From Podospora anserina (lineage: Eukaryota), in contig CM030332.1 of the NCBI GenBank assembly GCA_017654855.1, positions 7,626,001-7,690,000 on the forward strand: a DNA stretch of 64,000 nucleotides. The letters run 5' to 3'. Under the pieces are notes generated by a model, which did not search any database, had not been told where the DNA came from, and saw nothing but the letters and a program-made list of their open reading frames with translations. Below, piece after piece: positions 23,601-34,300 of the stretch; within the stretch, counting starts at the first letter, position 1, and each line of letters begins with the position of its first letter. Made by a program: the position numbers and the translations under genes.

Positions 23601-23980
23601 TGGCCTTCTTGGAGAACCTTGTGGACTGTGATGAGAGCCTTGAAGGTCTGGACCTCGTCGGCGAGGATGGGCTGGACCTTCAGACCAGCCCAGAAGGATT
23701 GGGAGGACTTGTGGTCCCAGGTGTAGACAATGCAACTCCTAACATGCTTGCGCTTCGGTGCCGTCTCGTCGGGGCTCGTAGCTTTCTTGATGTTGATGGC
23801 GAGCTCGGCTTCGGACCTGGAGGACATGATGGGTCAGTATGGGGGGGGGTGCTATGTTTTTATGCCCACATGTTGCAACAGTCAAACGGCGGGCAATGGG
23901 CACGGCAGACTGCATGCGTCTTTGGGTAGGTGGGAAAAGGAAACACACTTTGTGTGATCAAGGCTGCGTATCGTGGCCAT
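20612..23980 (-). CDS. SLA2: Endocytic cytoskeleton protein Sla2/End4 (ANTH, coiled coil, I/LWEQ), 1052 aa. Exons 23980..23949, 23816..20777, 20698..20612
   Basis: MATIRSLDHTK|SEAELAINIKKATSPDETAPKRKHVRSCIVYTWDH (ANTH); FYKKNNRWTEGLISAAKAVA and EMEQQ|VEILQLENALSAARHRLGEMRKISYQED (I/LWEQ). Canonical MAT-flanking gene. Confidence 0.96.
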
Positions 23981-24919
23981 GCTGGGCAGCTATGGACGGG
24001 AGCGAGACAAGCAAGACAAGCGAGAACGCGCTCACTCTGAATACTTGCTTGCGCTTGCTTCAATGATATAACACGCCGGCACACGGATTGGTTTTCCAGG
24101 GAGAGCAAGCACACTCGGTTCAACATGCGACAGAGCCAGGCGCAACTTCAGCGATGGCCAGCCCGGATTCAGGAGGGCTCAGGGCCAAAACAAACTGGGA
24201 GATACGGAAATTGGAGGTAATTCCAGGGGAAAAGAGAGTTATTAGGTCGTGGAGCCCAGAGCTTGCCTCTCCCGTCGTCGTCAGCCTTCTTGGAAGTTGC
24301 ATCTCTGATTGCCTTGCGCCCCAAACCGCTCCCCAACAGCTGCAGCCAATGATGGATGCCGTCCGGGGGGGTCGGACCCAAGGACGGACCGGCGTGCGGG
24401 GCAGCAAGCATCATGTGTCAGCTGTCGCGAAATGAATCAGAGTGGGGACGAAGCTTCGAACCCCACCAGACAAGTGACGCCTGCCAGCTGATCCGACGTG
24501 GGTTCCAGGCAGAGGAACATGCACAGGTGGTGGTGGGAGCTCCTTGCGTGAGGCTGCTGCCTTCTGGTTGCCGCGCGCGCTGAAGCTCGTGTGGCTCGTC
24601 ATCATCTTTTGCCGGCCGTCACGAGGATAAGATACAGTTTGGTCATAAGCTCATAAGCATTCAGACCTTAGTTCATCCAAACTTCCCTTTATGCCTCTTG
24701 ACATTTTGCATTTCCCCTCCTAAATACCCAGACCAGACTTTCTCCGGGTTTTTGTGAACCTGCGAACAAACAACTGCCTTTGCCTTACCGGTAACCAGTA
24801 ACCCCTTATCACCGACAACAGCGTGCTTGATAAACTACCCCACCCCCGCCTTGAGACCTTCACCCCCCCCCTCCCCCCCGGCCAAATCCGTCGACTGAAG
24901 CAAACCGAGAATCGCAACG

Positions 24920-26020
24920 ATGAACATCCTCTACTCGACCGTAAACAGCCTGCGGGACAGGTACACCCCCGCGAGCCACACGTCGACATTCCGCAAGACG
25001 GGCGAGATCACCCCTGAGGAGTTCATTGCAGCCGGCGACTATCTGGTGTACAAATTCCCGACCTGGTCGTGGTCGGATGCCGAAACCCCAGACCAGCGCG
25101 TCAGCCAGCTGCCAGCAGGAAAGCAGTACTTGGTGACTCGTCATGTCCCCTGCAACCGCCGATTCGACTCGGACTTTGCGGGCGATGCTGGCCATGAGGA
25201 GGCCGTAGTGGAGGGCGGCAAGAGCAGTGATGACGACGGCTGGCTCCGGACCGGCGGGTTGACCAGCTCGCAGCCGCTCAAGGTCAAAGAAGTGCGAACC
25301 GTGGACGATGCTGGGAATGTTGGAGAGAGAGAAGTGATCGAGGACGACGATGATATTCCGGATATGGAAGATGATGAGGACGATGAGGCCATCATCCGTG
25401 ATGCTTCGGCTGGCGGGCAGAACAGGTATGATGGGATACGGTCACGGGACTGCTACCAGATGATGCTCTCTCAATATCTTTTTGTGGCTAACCTTTGATT
25501 CGTTCCTGATAGTGGAAAACGCACATACTCGCTCTACATTGTCTACTCTCCATATTACCGGACGCCCCGCATGTATCTCTCGGGCTATCTTCCCAACGGC
25601 CAGCCCCTCCCACCCCATCTCATGATGGAGGATATCGCTGGAGACTACAAGGACAAAACCGTCACGCTCGAGAACTTCCCCTTCTTCGCCCATCAAGTCA
25701 AGATGGCCAGCGTTCACCCGTGCAAGCACGCGCCCGTCATGAAGACACTTCTCGACAGAGCCGACGCGGCTCTCAAGCTGCGCAGAGAAAAGCAAAAGGC
25801 GGCAGCCGCCAAGGCAGGCAGCAGCGGTGGCGTTGGGTCTCTTGCTTCTCAGGTTAAGGACCTCAACCTCGGCTCGGGGGCTGAGAATGACGAGTGGGAG
25901 GAGATCGATGCTGCCGACCAGGAGGTGGCCATCAGAGTTGACCAGTATCTGGTGGTTTTCTTGAAGTTCATCGCCAGTGTGACACCCGGCATCGAACATG
26001 ACAACACCATGGGGATTTAG
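24920..26020 (+). CDS. ATG3: Autophagy E2-like enzyme Atg3, 337 aa. Exons 24920..25425 and 25513..26020
   Basis: [37 protein letters not shown], catalytic SVHPCKHA and [22 protein letters not shown]. Intron 25426..25512. Confidence 0.96.
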
Positions 26021-26590
26021 GAAGGTTCTTACACTTTATGGCTTTTTGTATTTGTTTCATGTGGCCCGTCATTCAGGGGGGCGGTCTTATTCGTTATCTC
26101 ACGGAACCCTACATCATCTGTGGGGTGCATTTACTGGAGCAGGCACTTTCCTTTCGTGGGTAGATCAAATTACAGGAATGGTTTACGGTTTGGCTTAGGC
26201 GGCAGGAAACGGATGGAGTTACCTCTTGTTTTTGTTTTTAACTTGTTTTTTTTATTCTTATTTTTTTTCTTTTTTTTCTTTTGCTTTTTGTTGTTTTTTT
26301 TTTTTTTTTAAGTTTTTTGATTTATTTATTTTTTAAATCATGGACATCAGACCTCAAAGACGGAGGACAGACATAGCTAGCTTAGCTTTTAATGGCTGCA
26401 GATTAACAGCAGAACCGCATCATGGCTTCATCGTACACATCAGACTGGTTGTGGGACGCAAATAGGTTTGTGATTTTTCAGGCAGGCTATGCAGCAGTCT
26501 ATTTCCCAAAGACATGCCAGGGTATCAAGTTGTTATGCTCATGATGTTTATACATATCTTTCTTCGCTCTTCATCCGAACCCCCCTATTC

Positions 26591-27697
26591 CTACTCCTCC
26601 TCCTCCTCCTCCTCCTCACTGCTAACATCCTCCCCATTCTCAATCGCCTCCCGCCTCCTCCTCGCCGCCCTCTCCTTCTTCTTCTCCAACAGCTTCTGCA
26701 GTTTCTTGGCCGCGTTAAATACCCCGTTCGTCCCGCTCCCACAGGCCGCACAGCTCGGGTCCTTTCTATACCGTTTCAACGCGCACCCCTCGCAGAAATA
26801 ATGCCCACACCTCGTCACCACCGGGCTCTTGTAATCCCCCCTGCAGATGATACACACAAACGGGATCTTCTCCAGCATCGCCGCCTCCTCCTCCCCGTCG
26901 TCGTCTCTTTCATCCTCACCCTGGTTGGGATCCTTGTTCGCTTTTCGTTCGGCAGAGGCAACCACCGTGCCCCCTATTACCTTCTTTCCCCTTGTGACGT
27001 TCTCCCACTCCCTGTCCAGCTGCCACCCGTGGGCGTAGTCTTCTCTGGCGTGGAGGAACTTGCAGTTGTCACCGAAGCCACAGAAGCCGGTGTTTTTGTA
27101 GTCCTTGCACACGTCGGGCGCCATGTCTGTGATGGTGATGGTGCGGATGTTGGTGGGGGCTTTGACGGGGCCTACTTTTCGGGAGGGGGCGTCGGGGTTC
27201 TTTTGGATGTACGAGGTTGCGTTGGCCAGGCCTTTGTAGGTTCCATCTGGCCCCGAGGTGGTGGAGGAGGAGGAGGGGGGTGGCATGGAGCGGGTGGAGC
27301 CGAGGAGGGATTTGGCGGAGAGATCTTTTTCTTCGTCGAACCAGTTTGTTTGTTTTGTGGCGTCACGCCTGGAGGAGTCGAGGGCGAGGGCGGAGGCGCG
27401 GTCGGTGGTGAAGATGGTGGCTTTGAGATCTTGCTCAGACTGGGGGTTCGCTCTGTCTCTGGAGGAGGCCGTGACCACGGCGGCGGTGTTGCGCTTGCGG
27501 CGCTTGATGCGCCGGCCGGATTCGTCCTCGGAGGAGGAGTAATCCGAGTCCGAGTCCGAATCGGAGGCGGCGGGAGGGGGGGTTGCTGGTCTTTTGCGGA
27601 GGTTGGCTTTGGCTTTTGCGCCGCGCTTTTTGAAGATGGCTACGGGCGCGGCAGGGCCGGAAGCGGGGGCCTCTGTTGATGGTGTTGGGTCTGCCAT
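26591..27697 (-). CDS. CWC24: Pre-mRNA splicing factor Cwc24 (CCCH zinc finger + RING), 368 aa from ATG 27697
   Basis: GPVKAPTNIRTITITDMAPDVCKDYKNTGFCGFGDNCKFLHAREDYAHGWQLDREW and CIICRGDYKSPVVTRCGHYFCEGCAL. Confidence 0.95.
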   Translation of the reverse strand: MADPTPSTEAPASGPAAPVAIFKKRGAKAKANLRKRPATPPPAASDSDSDSDYSSSEDESGRRIKRRKRNTAAVVTASSRDRANPQSEQDLKATIFTTDRASALALDSSRRDATKQTNWFDEEKDLSAKSLLGSTRSMPPPSSSSTTSGPDGTYKGLANATSYIQKNPDAPSRKVGPVKAPTNIRTITITDMAPDVCKDYKNTGFCGFGDNCKFLHAREDYAHGWQLDREWENVTRGKKVIGGTVVASAERKANKDPNQGEDERDDDGEEEAAMLEKIPFVCIICRGDYKSPVVTRCGHYFCEGCALKRYRKDPSCAACGSGTNGVFNAAKKLQKLLEKKKERAARRRREAIENGEDVSSEEEEEEEE

Positions 27698-28099
27698 GAT
27701 ATCTTCTTGGGTGGGTTTAGAGGGAAGAAAGGGGTGGCAGGAGGTTGTCAACTTGAAGCTGTGTTGTTCAAGGTGTGAGGCGCGAGGCAAAAGTATCATG
27801 GGCCGTTTGCTTGGGGATATCGAATTTGGGATTCCGATTACCTCATTACAAACATGGCCCGAGCTTCGAAGGCTTCTAGAAGCTTGGCGGCCCCACCTCC
27901 GCAATGCTTACGAAAGCCAGCATGTTCCTCACCTTGCCTTCACCTCTGCAGCTCACTCACCGTTCACCTTTGCGCCTCAGTTCCTTGCTTCGAGATGTCA
28001 AAAACTTCGTGCATGAAGCATAAACACGAATCCCTGTCACCGGTGTGGGGCCAGACCACCCTTTCAGGCTCGGAATGGTGGAAAATGGGGGAGATCTGC

Positions 28100-28972
28100 T
28101 CACCGGTCGACGCATGTCAACGCATGTCAACGCATTTAATGCACGAGAGTGGCATTTCTCTTGACCGGTCGAGGCAATGTCACCCACCTGCATGGACCGG
28201 TCAAGAAAAAGGGCTGAGGGGGAAAGAGCTTGACATTTGGAGGGTGGTGTATGAGCTGTCATTGGAGTTGGGTACCGTTCCCGGGGCGAGCATGTTGCAG
28301 GTCAATTTGCCCCCGTTTGGAGCAAGGCAACAGTAAGTTTGGGCAGCTTGCTTCGATATCAAGTGTTATTCAGCGCGGGTTGCCGCTCAGGCGAACCACG
28401 AAGACTATACGGTGCACGTTGGTTTGTATGTCAAGATATAGAGGCGCATACATTCCCTCTGTCTCGCAGTAGGTATTGATGACAGATAGGCATTATGTCT
28501 ATCCAGCCCACGGGTGGTCTTGATTCAGTCTTTATGACATCCAAGTTACCTCTTCTCCACTCTTTCGTCAAGTCCTTTGCCTTACACAAACACTTCCATA
28601 TTCCTACTCATGCAGTTATTTCCCAACCGTCATAGAAGTTTCTCCCTGTCGTCTTGCCAGCCAAGTACCTAGGTAGAGACCACACCCACATCTTGACCGG
28701 TCAGTATAAACCAGCCTTATTTCTTGACCGGTCCATGCAATACCACCCCTCCTTGATCCACATTAATCTATGCCAAAAAACAAACAAGAGTCTGTTCACT
28801 CTATCATTTCTACCCCCAGACAGCCCTACAGCTTCACCGGTCGAGATATACATTCGCAATGTACATGCCCAAGAGAACCAAGTCCAATCACAGCTGCAGA
28901 GAATTGCAGTCGTGTCTCCACCCAAGAGCCCTACATGTTGACCGGTCGATGCAATGTCACCACCCTGGATGC
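28100..28972. repeat. Cluster of short direct and inverted repeats built on ACCGGTC; possible MITE-like or degenerate element
   Basis: ACCGGTC at 28102, 28164, 28196, 28696, 28727, 28836 and 28941. Perfect 20-bp inverted pair 28189..28208 / 28720..28739. 23/24 direct pair 28161..28184 / 28938..28961. Confidence 0.75.
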
Positions 28973-29380
28973 ACACCTAGTACAGCCAAGAGGAAGAGTC
29001 TCCTGTGGTAGAATAAGGCGTGAAGATGGCCGAGATGTCGGCAGGCAGGTAACCCCCCCCTTTCTCCGGTAAGTTTTTCAGGACAATCAAAACTGAAACC
29101 CAAGCGTGTGTTAACCAGAATGTACACACCTACGCAGACCCAACAAGTCATCTATCCGTCCTTGACCTGAGCATGCAAGGCAACCACTAAGGCACGCACC
29201 AGAAGACTCTCGCCAAGTTCTTCCCCATTCTCTCAGTGACAACCTCATCTCGCCTCCCGGCGGCCGGCAGCATAACTGCAACCTCGATCGGATGCCACAC
29301 CTACACAGGACTCCCCAAAAAAGCAAGAAAAACCAAGACGGATACTTTTTTGCTGCCTGCCGCCTGTCGCCTTCCGCTGC

Positions 29381-29430
29381 CGTGTCAATGTGTGTCAATG
29401 TGTGTCAATGTGTGTCAATGTGTGTCAATC
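29381..29430 (+). repeat. 10-bp minisatellite (TGTGTCAATG) x5
   Basis: Read directly. Confidence 0.95.
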
Positions 29431-29748
29431 TATCAAACACGTCCCCAGGATCAACCTATCAAATAGCCAGAGCTTCAGCACAATGTCGAGAGGGCAAATA
29501 GCAGAGCTCGTCACACCGGCCTTGGGGCCACCCGAGGTACCCGTCTTTCCAAAATTACCCATAAGAAAGCAGCCAATACCGAGGGGGGTTGTGTGAAATA
29601 TGGGTCAAGCCGAGAGTAAGTACACAAGGTCGGCAGTTGGGCCGTGTGATGGGAATATATATATCACCACCGGCGCAACAAAAAGCTCGGGGGTTTGTTC
29701 GACCAACCACTCTTTTGCTTTTCTCGAGGACATGGAAAAAAAGAAAGA

Positions 29749-29851
29749 TGTGTGTGTGTGTGTGTGTGAGTGTGTATGTGTGTATGTGTGTGTGTGTGTG
29801 TGTGTATGTGTGTGTGTATGTGTGTATATATATGTGTGTGCGTGTGTGTGT
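29749..29851 (+). repeat. Compound (TG)n/(TA)n microsatellite
   Basis: About 100 bp of TG dinucleotides with TA interruptions. Confidence 0.95.
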
Positions 29852-31330
29852 CTGTCTCTGCTGTCAATATCGTGAATCCCCCAGAAGGGTATCCAAGGTG
29901 TGCGGTTTCCCACCCACTGCTCGGCACATCCATCCCACCGAGTCGACCTTTTCTTTTCAACCTTTTCTTTCCCTTCGGTGCATCTCTATCCCGGGATTCG
30001 CTTTCCAAATACCCTACCCTACCCCAACATGATTTTTCTAAGGCGGTGTCGGAAGCAAAGCCGTGCAACATTTGAGGTCTGTTTCTGTCTTGACTGGTGC
30101 AGAAAAAGAGAAATAGGTTAGCTTTCAAGATCACGTGTAGGTGCGTCGTCTGTGCACAACAAGCGTATATATATAAAAATAAAATAAATAAAAATCATTT
30201 CACTCGTTTCAAAATACCTAATAAGAAACATACTTTCAAGAGAAAGAGAACCAACAACCCCCCTCCCCCCCTTCCCCAAGAGAGATAGATATCTGACGAA
30301 CAAACTGACAGAAAAAGCCACATCCCCATGACACCCACCTTATGAACCTCCCCCCGCGTCCACCCCGGCCCCAACCCACGACACCTTACCACACCAACAA
30401 CTCTCCCAACCTCTCAACTCTTTTATTTTTTCTTCTTATTTTACTTTTTTTTTACCTTTTTTTTTTCCTTCTCCTTCTTTCTCCGCTTTCTCCCGCCGCC
30501 GGTGAAGCGATGAGTAACCACGCAAATCAAGACGCTTACACACAACACAGAGGAGGGGTATCTTTCTTGACTGTTGATCATCATCACCACCAAAACACCA
30601 AGCATTTCCTCTCCCATTTTGTCCTTATCCCCCCCCCCCCCCTTAACTTTTCCTCCCAAGGTTGGTTGTGATTCGGAAATACAGCAGAAAAGATAACTTT
30701 CGAACACCATGTTGACGCCTCCCGTGATTTCCCACCCAGGACCAAAAGGAAAAAAAGAAGAAAAAAAGAAAAGATCCAATATCCCGAGAGTTTATTGAGA
30801 GCTTTGTTGTTCCAGATTTTATAGATGAGGTGTGATCGAGTCGGGTAGGCGCAGCTTGGCGACTCTTCGGTGGTAGGTTGATGGTTGACGCCGTTGCTAG
30901 CGTTAAAGGTGACGACGGCGGCGACGGCGGCGACGGAGGTGGTAGTAATACAAGGGAAAAGAAGAAAAATGCCGGTTGATGAAAACAAAAAGACTTTGAC
31001 GAGAAAATTGTGTGGAAAATAATCATCAACGTCATCAAAGGCGAAATTTCCCAAGTAGTTTATGGCCCCGAGTCTGTATTCGTTACACAACACGCAAGAT
31101 GCTTTCTTTCTCTCCCCAATGCATTCAGACAACAGAAATGGTTTACTTTGTAGCGATCGACAAGAAGAGTAGGGTTAATGAAATTTTGAGTACCCATGAA
31201 AAGAAATCCCGTCATGGCTTATTATTTCCAAGGAAAAGGAGACTCAGTTGTGAGTGTGTATAGTTTGCTTGTGTGGGTTTTTTTTCTTTCTTTTTTTCTT
31301 TTTTTTGTTTTTTTTGAGGGCAGTCTGATT

Positions 31331-34300
31331 TTATGCCCGAGACCTGACGGTCCCGACCGGTGTTGGGGTTGAAGAAGGGCCCGTGTGCGAGTGAAAGCCT
31401 TGCCGCGAGTTACGGCCACGCTTTGAACTACTGGTCAAGGTGCCCACATCATGTTTGCCTGGTCAACTGTCAGCCCGACATGTCAAAGACATACCAAATC
31501 GAACTTCAACTCATCGACTTACCATCACAACACGCCCGAACATTCTCCAACCGATCCGCTTCGCGATCTTGTTGCTCGATGATCTGTCTGAGATCCTCCG
31601 CACTATCCTGCACTTCACTAGATTCATACATGCTCTGTGCGGTATCGCGCCCCGAAACACTTCTGCTCCTCAAGCTGCCAAATGTCCCGCCCAAGACCTT
31701 GCTGTCTTTCCAGTATCCGCTGATGCGGCTCAGCGTTCCAGATGACCGCGCCGCTTGCGGTGGTTGCTGCTGCTGCTGCTGCTGCTGCTGAGAAATCTTG
31801 GAGCGAGACGGGGTGAGAGTGGGAACATTGAGGTAGTGGTCCATGGTTGGCGACTCCCGTACTGTTCGGGAATTGTACGAGGACAGAGAAGGAGCACCGC
31901 GAGTGCCATGGGGCATCCGCTTGCCATAGCTTGGGTTGAATTCGTCAACATCGGCACTTGTAATGTGGCCAGCCATCTCTTCGGCATCCGACTGGCCATC
32001 GTTCGACGTCCTAAGGAGAAGGTAAGACAGGGCGTTGAACCATGTCTCATGTCGTTGACCAGTCGTGCAGGTGAACTTGATGGTTCTGCCAGGCGACACG
32101 ATGACCAAGCTCTTCCTGTGCAGCCCGGGGGGCATCGGGTTGTCATCCGCTACGACGCGTACGGCCTCAATAGGAACACTCTTGGCACGAAGCTCATGAC
32201 GTCCGGCAGATGATGGGTCCCGGTCGCTCCAGTACAGAGTGCGCGTGTACGGGTGCACCCAGAAGTACCTCCGGTGACGGTTCTCAGACATCTCACCACG
32301 GCCGGCCTTGCGCGTGTATTTCCACAGGTACTCTCCAATCATCGTCTGGGTGATGGCCTGGATCATGCGAGGGTCCGTGTTGGGACCCAAGCCAGACGTG
32401 TCATAACCGCCCTCGGGATGAATGTTGAATCGAGTGTCGACCTCGGATGCGAAGGATGAAATAGAGGACTTGCGGCTGCGGGCTGTCATTCTCGACGGCG
32501 AATGGACTTCGGGCATCTCGCGAATCGATCCATTCTTGTGAGCACGTGGTGTGGGAGTAGCACGACCGCCGTTACCAGCAGCACCGGCGGGTGACAAGGG
32601 GCGTCTATGCGTGGGAGTCCGCGGGCGCATGGCAGAGGCGGGGAACAGTGGCGGTGGCATGCTGTTGATGGTTTCCTGACCGCCGCCCGAAGAGTTGGTC
32701 CTCGCAGCCTCGATGGCTTCTTTGTGGTTGGCTGGCAGGGGCGGGACAATGTCCTCAGCGGAGCTCCTGATGCTAGCAGAGCTGCCTGGCCTCCTAAGAA
32801 GTACGGCATCAATAGGCTCAGTGACAATGTCGGTAGCAGCCTTGCCCTTCGACCGCAGCGTGCTGTCGAAGCTGCCCTGGCGGGCCCGGTTAATGCGAAC
32901 CGTGGATGGGGTGCCCATACTGAGATGTGAGCTGGAGCGTTCAAGATCGTGTGGCGGAAGAGATTGCTGGCTATTTGCCAGGAGCAACTGGTCAATGGCC
33001 TCGGATGTCAATGTTGTCTGAACGCCCTGATCGGCAGTAAGCACGGGCTGCTTCTGCGCGGGCTGCTCCTCTGACGCCTGAGCATCCTGCTCCTCGCCGT
33101 CCGTGCCACGGGGAATGATGAACGCATTTCTCTTGGGGCTGCGTCCCTCGCTTGGCTCGGTTTGCAGTGACTGGATCGCAGAAATGGTGAGCGGCGGGAG
33201 GATGGACTTGGGCTCCTCTGGCTCAACCGGGTCAACAACAACTTGAGAGCCGATGGCCGAAATAGACAAGAGAGGAGCTGGAACCTCGGGAGCCTCGAGA
33301 GGCTCCACAGCCTGCGACTGAATGGATGCCAGGGACAAGGCAGGGGGAGGGACGACTGGCTCTTCGCGTGGCTCGACATCCAAAGTCTGCCGAACGGATG
33401 ACAATGAGAGAACCGGCAAAGGCGTCTCGCGAGGCTCGACATCCAATGCCGCAACAGCTGACAAAGACAGCGGCGGACGGACCGCCTCAACAGGTTCGAC
33501 AGCACAAGCCTGGACGCTTGACAGGGAGAGCGCCGGCGCAGGCGGCTCCTGAGGCTCAACATCCCAGGTCTTGAGCGTCGATATGGAGAGCGCAGGAAGG
33601 GGCACTTCGCGGGGCTCAACGTCCTGGGACTGAATAGGGGCAAGACCGAATGCGGGCGCAGCCGGCTCTGGCTCCTGGCGAGGCTCGACGGCCTCTGACT
33701 TGATAGACGAGAAAGAAAGAGGAGGCGAAGCGGGCGCCTCGAGCTTTGTCTCCACGCTGTGTGCTGCAACGACAGGAACAACTGCCGGGGCTGGGAGGTC
33801 GAATGGCTGCTCCACTGGCTCGACATCTTCGGCCACGATGCTGGCGAATGACAGAAGAATGGGGGATGGCGGAGCTGTTGGCTCGACCTCCTCCGCGCAG
33901 ATTGTCGACATGGACAGAGGAACAGGCTCTGGCTCTGGGGCCTCGATAGGCTCGAAATCATGGTAGGCATGTACGCTCGAGATGGAGAGCGCCGCCGGTG
34001 TTGGCACCACCTCGGCAATAGGCTCCACCGCCGTCGATAAGACAGCCGAGAAGCTGAGAGGCGCAGGAACCGGCTCAGGTTCGGGAACGGGCTCAACGTC
34101 ATGGAAAGCATGGACGGAAGAGAGAGAGAGAACCGCAGGGGTGGGCTCGGGCTCTGCAATTGGCTCGATTTGCTCACCAAGAACTGCCGAGAGCGATAGG
34201 GGAGCTGGAACAACCTCCGGCTCCGAAACTGGCTCGATATCCAGAGAAGCAGTGGCAGGCACGCTCAGAACTGGTGGCACAGGAGCCACGGGCTCAACGT

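Noticed and set aside
23817..23827. ORF-track start of SLA2 (MSSRSEAE)
   Set aside because: This ATG lies inside intron 1 (23948..23817); the upstream exon MATIRSLDHTK splices in frame.
24443..24470. GGTTCGAA resembling a tRNA T-loop on the minus strand
   Set aside because: The flanks do not pair into a T-stem or cloverleaf.
27698..27904. N-terminal extension of CWC24 in the ORF track
   Set aside because: It starts at a non-ATG codon and looks like promoter/UTR; coding-type composition begins at ATG 27697. An in-frame ATG near 27799 cannot be fully excluded.
28100..28972. CRISPR-like interpretation of the ACCGGTC repeats
   Set aside because: Eukaryotic DNA, irregular spacing, mixed orientation and no cas genes.
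29026..29170. Tiny spliced ORF (ATG 29026, donor near 29049 or 29069, acceptor 29118)
   Set aside because: Weak branch site and only ~24 codons; compatible with chance.
29589..30134. ORFs rich in CV/HT repeats
   Set aside because: Translations of the (TG)n microsatellite.
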